A stretch of DNA of 14,797 nt, taken from Octopus sinensis. Its lineage: Eukaryota. The stretch lies in contig NW_021825701.1 in assembly GCF_006345805.1 (NCBI RefSeq), forward strand, positions 1 through 14,797, given 5' to 3'. Shown piece after piece: positions 8,591 to 14,797 of the stretch (position 1 is its first letter; each line of letters begins with the position of its first letter). Below the pieces are notes generated by a model. The model saw only the letters and a program-made list of their open reading frames with translations, was not told where the DNA came from and did no database searches. The position numbers and the translations under genes are program-made.

Positions 8591-10299
8591 CTGTAAATAG
8601 TGTAAAGTGTTTTTACAAGTCTTTGGACATAAAAATAATTTATTCTAACGTAGATACGAGCAGAGAAAGTTAGAGTATGAGGAACGCTAAATTAAATCAC
8701 CACAACTAGTACTGTATTTTTATGAAACTAAGTAAGACAAATTTAGACCTTAAGTGGATTTAAACTGATTCTTGACCCAAAACAAAACGAGCTGCAATTC
8801 AGCATCGTAATCAAAAGGACATTTAGCTTCAATCCTCTTAATTCTGTGGATCCTACTCAGATAATAATATTGAATCTGTGAATGGTGATAGTTTGAAACA
8901 AACGATATTTAAAAGAACATGTTGAGCGCAATTAGAATTGCGTAATGAGAATGTTATACACGGCGTGTTGTGGTAAAATGCATAATCTACAGTAAATTTG
9001 GTGAAAGTTCTATAAATTCCTACCGACGGTTGAGATTGCAACGTAGAAGTAAAACAATTAAAATATACCGTCACCCTTTCTCCAAACTTCCCCTGGCAAA
9101 AATTCGGATTATTCAACCATGTTCCTATTGAAGATGAAACGCGCTTTGAAACATAGTGCTAGAAACATTTAATAGATGAAACCTTTGAAAAGCATGTATT
9201 TATATCCTTAGACATATGTCATCTACGAACGATTGCAGGATGTGCTAGTTGTGAGTATAAATGAGAGTTTTAATCTTCTAAAACTTAAATTACTTTCTTT
9301 GTATCGAAACTACAAAGGTTTTCTTACTCTCTTTTAACGGTACCTGTTTATAAAAAGAAAGTAAATCATACATAAAACGTTTCGTCACACATAATCTGTA
9401 ACTCTTGCCATCCCTGTAAACGTTAAACATTCGAAAATTGCACCAGATACTTTCCTTTAACCTACCTGAACAAAAGGGTTATTTCGTGAAATGGTCTCTA
9501 TTCCACTATTTCCTACATTAATTTAACAAATATGCATTTAAATTAACCATTACAGGAAGAGTTTTATGGCTTATAGAATCTTCTCACATTTTCAATGAAG
9601 TAAAGAATGATAAAAGCAAAAATTTTGTTGACAAGAACAAAAAGAATCCTGGCAAAATTATAAATTTGGGAATTTTCCAAGTTAAATATTCACTGGTACG
9701 TTTTGCAAGACACTTGAGTTATTTGACCACTAAACTAAATTGATATACTTTAAACCCATACACTAATTGGTTCTCTGCCTTGAAAAGTATTACTAAATAG
9801 CATCTAAGGAAGTTGTCATAGATAAATTGTGAACCATGTTGCCAAAAGGTCAGTAAAAATATATTCATTTCTTCGTCTTTAGCCTTTACTTGTTCACTTC
9901 TTTCCTTGTCAGTTTGCTCTTTGTACTTTCACTTTCATTTTCTAGAAACATGCGATGAATTCAGACTGTTATTCTAAATTATGTTTGTGTCATTGATGGA
10001 AATTAAGGCAAGCTTGTTTGGTGGCACTTCCAATAGATTTTATTGAACCGAGAGTTTGAGTTCATTAGTTAGCTCTCCATCAATCTTTCAGTACATCAGT
10101 ACGCTGATTAATCGATGCGAAATTATATGAAATCGCCTCGGCTACAATCAGTGTCAGCTTCAAGCAGATAACATTTTCAACTTTTATCAGGATACAGCAC
10201 GTTGTTCTTCGTATATTTCTTATTGTTCGCAAGTCTTCTTCTTAGGTCTACAGAGAAAAGAACTAAGTTGTAATACAGTCGTATTCGCAAGTAGATGTT

Positions 10300-10638
10300 C
10301 ACATACATAATACATGTGTACCAATATATATGTATATGTGTGTATATATACCTGTATATGTGTCTGTATACACACACATTCGAAGTATAGAATACACTTT
10401 TTATCCGTAAAATGTATTCATACAAACGTTATAGAATTTACATACAAACACATGCATATATAAACACATACACGTCTTTGCATGTATGAAGGCATGTATG
10501 CATATATGTGTGTGTGTGTGCTCGTAGGTGTACTAGTGTAAACCCTTCTTAAGAATAACAACTTAGCATTTGCATACGGAGTAAAAATAGTATAAAGAAT
10601 TTTGTGAACATCAATTGATTGCATTACGTGTGTGTGTA

Positions 10639-10684
<46 letters not shown>

Positions 10685-10700
10685 TGTATGCACGCGTGTT
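10300..10700. repeat. (TA)n/(TG)n microsatellite cluster
   Basis: Direct reading; long TG run at about 10628-10690. Confidence 0.85.
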
Positions 10701-10892
10701 TACGTATGTATACATTTATCGATGTATACAGAAAACTTTGTTGGCGATGGCGGACGATACATCTGGACAAGTGTATTCAGGCTTTGGCAAGAATATCTGA
10801 GAAGGAATAGTCGTTGCTCTAGTATGCTACTCTCCATTGACATGCATAGGTAACCATGGATTAAGTCTACATTGTTGTAATAAAGTAAATAA

Positions 10893-11285
10893 GCATAGCT
10901 GTGTGGTAAGAAGCTTGCTTTCCAACCACATGGTTCCGGGTTCAGTTCCACTGCATGGCACCTCTACTATAGCCTCGGGCCGATCAAAAGCCTTGAGAGT
11001 GGATTTGACAGACGGAAACTGAATAGAAACCTATCGTATATGTATATGTACAAATATGTATATATATTTGTGTGTCAGTGTTTCTCCCCGCCGCCATCGC
11101 TTTACAACCGATGTTGGTGTGTTCACATCCCCGTAACTCAGCTATTCGGCAAAAGAAACTGGTAGAATGATACTAGGTTTACAAAGAATAAGAACTGGGG
11201 ACAATTTGTTCGACTAAAGGTGGTGCTCCACCATGGCCGTAGTTGAATGACTGAAACAAGTAAAAGAATAAAAGAATTAAAGAAT
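10893..11285 (+). mobile_element. SINE family B, copy 3
   Basis: tagctgtgtggtaagaagcttgc...gggttcagttcc (B-box), a short internal microsatellite, and a 3' gactgaaacaag(taaaagaa)n tail. About 14 bp deleted after ggcacc relative to copy 1. Confidence 0.88.
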
Positions 11286-11469
11286 ATTACATTTCCATAC
11301 CTAAATGTAAAGGGTTAGATTGGAGAAGGGCTTCTCAACCAGTCTCCAGATGGCCTTGGAGTTCTATATACGATTCTCTTGTTAAATTTTATGGTCAATA
11401 AATGGCTGATATTTCTACATTACGCCAAATATTTTAATAATTTTCTTTCCCCGTACAATTCAAAATAAT

Positions 11470-11860
11470 ATCAAGCAAAAGCAATCAGAAAGCGCAAACC
11501 CCCGCCAAAGTAACAACAACGTCCACTCAACGATTATCCGGAGGTGATTATTAAAATGAGAATATCTGAAATAAACTCGACAGCTCTCACAAGCGAAAAT
11601 GCAAAAAAAAAAAAAAAGAAAATGAAACTGACCGCTCTCAAAAGTTAAGTAAAAAAACCGAAAAAAATGATCCAGAATCCTTGTCCGGTACCAAATCGAT
11701 CCCAAAATCTAAGCAGTTCGTGCCAGTCACGAGACCAAACATCCCTGAAAGTTTCAGCCGAGTCTATCTAGCAGTTCTTGATATATCTCTTTCAAGAACA
11801 AACAAACAAACAAATACGACTGAAAACAATACCTCTGCCTTCGCTAAGGCGGAAGAATTA
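11470..11860 (+). mobile_element. Probable non-autonomous Helitron/Helentron-type (HINE-like) element
   Basis: 3' hairpin tctgcctt-cgct-aaggcgga (11834-11853) just before an AT-rich end, preceded by a (CAAA)n run and an aaagtttcagccgag...agttcttgatat motif. The 5' ccccgccaaag (11500-11510) partly complements the 3' hairpin arm, like a sub-terminal IR. Confidence 0.5.
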
Positions 11861-12129
11861 TAAAAATATATTATCATTTTTAAAACATCGAATGACTATG
11901 GGAGACCAATAGAGTCACATAGGAATAAAAGAGGTCCACTGGTAACAGAAGAACCAATTGTTTAATATATTTATCCGAAAGTGAGTTAGCTGATTGAGAT
12001 AAAGCAGTTTACCATAAGTGTCGTGTCAAGTGTTGCTGTTAGAATGCAATAATTAGGTACAAACACTGCAAAGCATCTCATCAGATCGTATAAAAACTCG
12101 GAAAATACCCACCTAAGACTCATATTTTA

Positions 12130-12240
12130 TTTTATCATACTCGTACGGGTAAAATGCAAGGATTTGAACTCAGATCACAGGGACTCACAATAAATGCTGC
12201 TTCAGTTCTGTCCAATTCATTGCTGACTTTGCGTCCATTT
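12130..12240 (-). mobile_element. Highly degenerate tRNA-derived SINE fragment
   Basis: ggatttgaactcag is the reverse complement of B-box gagttcaaatcc. Flanks loosely follow the family A layout. Confidence 0.4.
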
Positions 12241-12271
12241 TCATGCACGGTTGCGAACATATGTATGCACA

Positions 12272-12395
12272 TCTCTCTCCCCCTCCTCTCTCCCTCTCTC
12301 TCTCCCTCTGTCTCCCTCTCTCTCTCCCTCTCTCTCTCTCCCTCTCTCTCACTCTCTCTCTCTATCTCTATCTATTTATCTATCTATCTAATATA
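12272..12395. repeat. (CT)n/(TATC)n microsatellite
   Basis: Direct reading. Confidence 0.95.
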
Positions 12396-12612
12396 CATAT
12401 GTGTACATATATTGGACCGCTGAAATCTGCAAGTTTTTTTCATTCTCTCACTGTTTATTTGCTCTTATTCCATTCCGTTGAAGTGCGCTGACGCGAAACA
12501 TCTTTTTCATTTTTCCCGAGCGTAAAACTAATACACATGTTTATTCTCGATTCACGTGTCTTTGTCTTCTCTTATTCTATAAATTTCAACTATATATATA
12601 TATCGCAAATGA

Positions 12613-12662
12613 CATATAAGAGGCTTGAAAACGCCACCATATAAGAGGCTTGAAAACGCCAC
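12613..12662 (+). repeat. Perfect 25-bp tandem duplication
   Basis: catataagaggcttgaaaacgccac at 12613-12637 and 12638-12662. Confidence 0.95.
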
Positions 12663-12958
12663 TATATAAGATAAATTTTAATTTTCTTAGAGATTTTACA
12701 TTTTGGCTGTAATTACAGCCAACGATTCTAGTCAACGCACAATTCAGCCACTATGCTCCCCCCCCCCACACACACACAAAACACCACCACGTGGACTCTG
12801 TTGAGACTAGTAAGAAACGATTATGTACTTTTTTATTACACTTAACTTTTAAAAATATTTTTGATAAGGTGTGTTTTTTCAAGAAGAGCCGAAACATGTA
12901 AAATCTCTAAGAAAATTAATTAAAATTCATCTCATATAGTGGCGTTTTCAAACCTCTT
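12643..12958. repeat. Imperfect inverted repeat (arms 12643-12706 and 12889-12958), probable Penelope-like pLTR remnant
   Basis: aagaggcttgaaaacgccactatataagataaattttaattttcttagagattttaca versus tgtaaaatctctaagaaaattaattaaaattcatctcatatagtggcgttttcaaacctctt. The right arm starts in a decayed hammerhead 3' half (ccgaaacatgta). Confidence 0.8.
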
Positions 12959-13024
12959 TTTTTATAAATATATACCCACTCATATGCCACCTACACTTTT
13001 TATAATACACATACATTATATATA

Positions 13025-13065
<41 letters not shown>

Positions 13066-13244
13066 AATATTTGAGTAGTTGAATGAATTATCTTGTTATG
13101 GATAATTCGGTTAACCGATACCTGGGTAGCAAATTCACATCAGAGAAGACACGTTTGAAGTTACGTGCTTTCGTGTGGAAATTTGTATGTTTTTTTTTTT
13201 AAATATAAATATATGAAAAAATGGAGTTGAACGACGAATTAACA

Positions 13245-13349
13245 AAATTCCTTTATTTTCGACATATGTTTCGAAGGTTGCTTATTCCTAATTGCGAAGG
13301 AATAAGGAACATATTATGCCGCTTTCTCATCAGGAAAAGCAAGGAACTT
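13245..13349 (-). ncRNA. Minimal type-I hammerhead ribozyme (Penelope-like element/retrozyme type)
   Basis: Minus strand: aagttcctt-gc-ttttc CTGATGA gaa...ttc GAAA catatg TC gaaaa-ta-aaggaattt. All core nucleotides are present with a GUC cleavage triplet. Stem I is 5 bp + 2x2 internal loop + 9 bp; stem III is short with the palindrome acatatgt. Confidence 0.8.
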
Positions 13350-13376
13350 ATGTCAACATCAAGATGCACAAAAAAT

Positions 13377-14058
13377 TTTTAGATGACTGCTCACACGGAG
13401 CCCATAGTGAAAATTAGTGTCTCTTTAAAAAATTCCTTTATAAGGAGTGACGTAAAAATGGTTGGATGTAGAAGAATCTAGAAGGTTCTAAAGGTTCAAG
13501 GGTTCAAACGAAGTAGGAGAATATATATTATATATATTTATATATATATATAATAAATTAATAAATAAAACATATGCACATATACATACATATATGTACG
13601 TACCTACCTCTACATGTATATGTACACGCATATATGGGTACAGGACACCAAAAAACGTCGAACACAATGAGAAACGAAAACATAAACACAAAACCAAGGA
13701 ACTGGACATTTTTCTTAAACAACGAAAAAATAGAGTACAGGACAAATAACACAAGGAAAATTCCCCTTCTTCAGTCGCCATGTATATATATATATACCCA
13801 TATATGTATGTACATATACATGTAGAGGTAGGTACGTACATATATGTATGTATATATGCATATGTTTTATTTATTAATTTATTATATATATATATAAATA
13901 TATATAATATATATTCTCCTACTTCGTTTGAACCCTTGAACCTTTAGAACCTTCTAGATTCTTCTACATCCAACCATTTTTACGTCACTCCTTATAAAGG
14001 AATTTTTTAAAGAGACACTCATTTTCACTATGGGCTCCGTGTGAGCAGTCATCTAAAA
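13377..14058. repeat. Long near-perfect inverted repeat: 264-bp arms (13377-13640, 13795-14058), 154-bp spacer
   Basis: By-eye alignment finds 4 mismatches in 264 bp. The irregular TA microsatellite pattern is identical in both arms. Confidence 0.95.
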
Positions 14059-14539
14059 GTATATATATATATATATATATCATAGCAAGATTTGAACACT
14101 CCACTGGAAACTGACGCAAAGAAACGTTGCATGCATGCGTACGCAGTATAAACTTAGAGCCTATCAATCGAACTGAAATTCCACCATTGAAATGAAGCAA
14201 GTGAAAGAAGATAATGAGCTCACGATTGGGTTACTAAACTCCAATGCAATAATCTGAAGTAGATTTAGATTTAATAATTTAGTAAAACAAGTTCTTGCTT
14301 TAATAAGTATTGTACCACTTTACCGTCTTCTCTTTTTGTGCTATGAATCTACTCCACATCTAACTTGTATAATCATATCAATGGGATATAAATCGGAATA
14401 ACAGAATAGAAGCAGTTAGTTGAAGTTGAAAGGATGCGGTGAATGCGGCGTTCATGTGGAAGTTACGATACAATACGAAAGAGATGTCGTCACACACCCT
14501 TGCGCACACGCATATGGAAATACACATATACGGATAGAT

Positions 14540-14606
14540 AGATAGATAGAAGATATTATATATACTACGTTATATATATATATATGTGCTTATATGCATG
14601 TATATG

Positions 14607-14658
<52 letters not shown>

Positions 14659-14713
14659 TTATATTTATATATATATATACATATATATACGTATATATAC
14701 ATATATATGTATA

Positions 14714-14788
<75 letters not shown>

Positions 14789-14797
14789 CATATATAT
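14540..14797. repeat. (TA)n microsatellite to window end
   Basis: Direct reading. Confidence 0.95.

Noticed and set aside
13755-13780. Minus-strand CTGAAGA followed by hairpin agggg-aatt-ttcct in the IR spacer
   Set aside because: No GAAA or cleavage triplet follows, so only half a hammerhead is present.

Overview
AT-rich, repeat-dense eukaryotic non-coding DNA, probably intronic or intergenic. The tRNA-head SINEs and (TA)n/(CA)n/(TACA)n/(GA)n load suggest a cephalopod such as Octopus (inference from recalled repeat families, not a search). No intact protein-coding gene is supported, and most long track ORFs are microsatellite artefacts. Contents: two tRNA-derived SINE families (2 + 3 good copies, two with clear long TSDs), a pogo/Tigger-like MITE nested in a hAT-like MITE plus a second inverted copy, an internally deleted L1/Tx1-clade LINE remnant whose RT frame the ORF track misses, a Helentron-like non-autonomous element, and a 200-bp tandem duplication. 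The most interesting part is 12.4-14.1 kb. It holds an apparently intact minimal type-I hammerhead ribozyme (minus strand, 13245-13349), two decayed hammerhead motifs, and two inverted-repeat structures, one with 264-bp arms at about 98.5% identity. This layout fits Penelope-like retroelement pLTRs or retrozyme-like non-autonomous elements.
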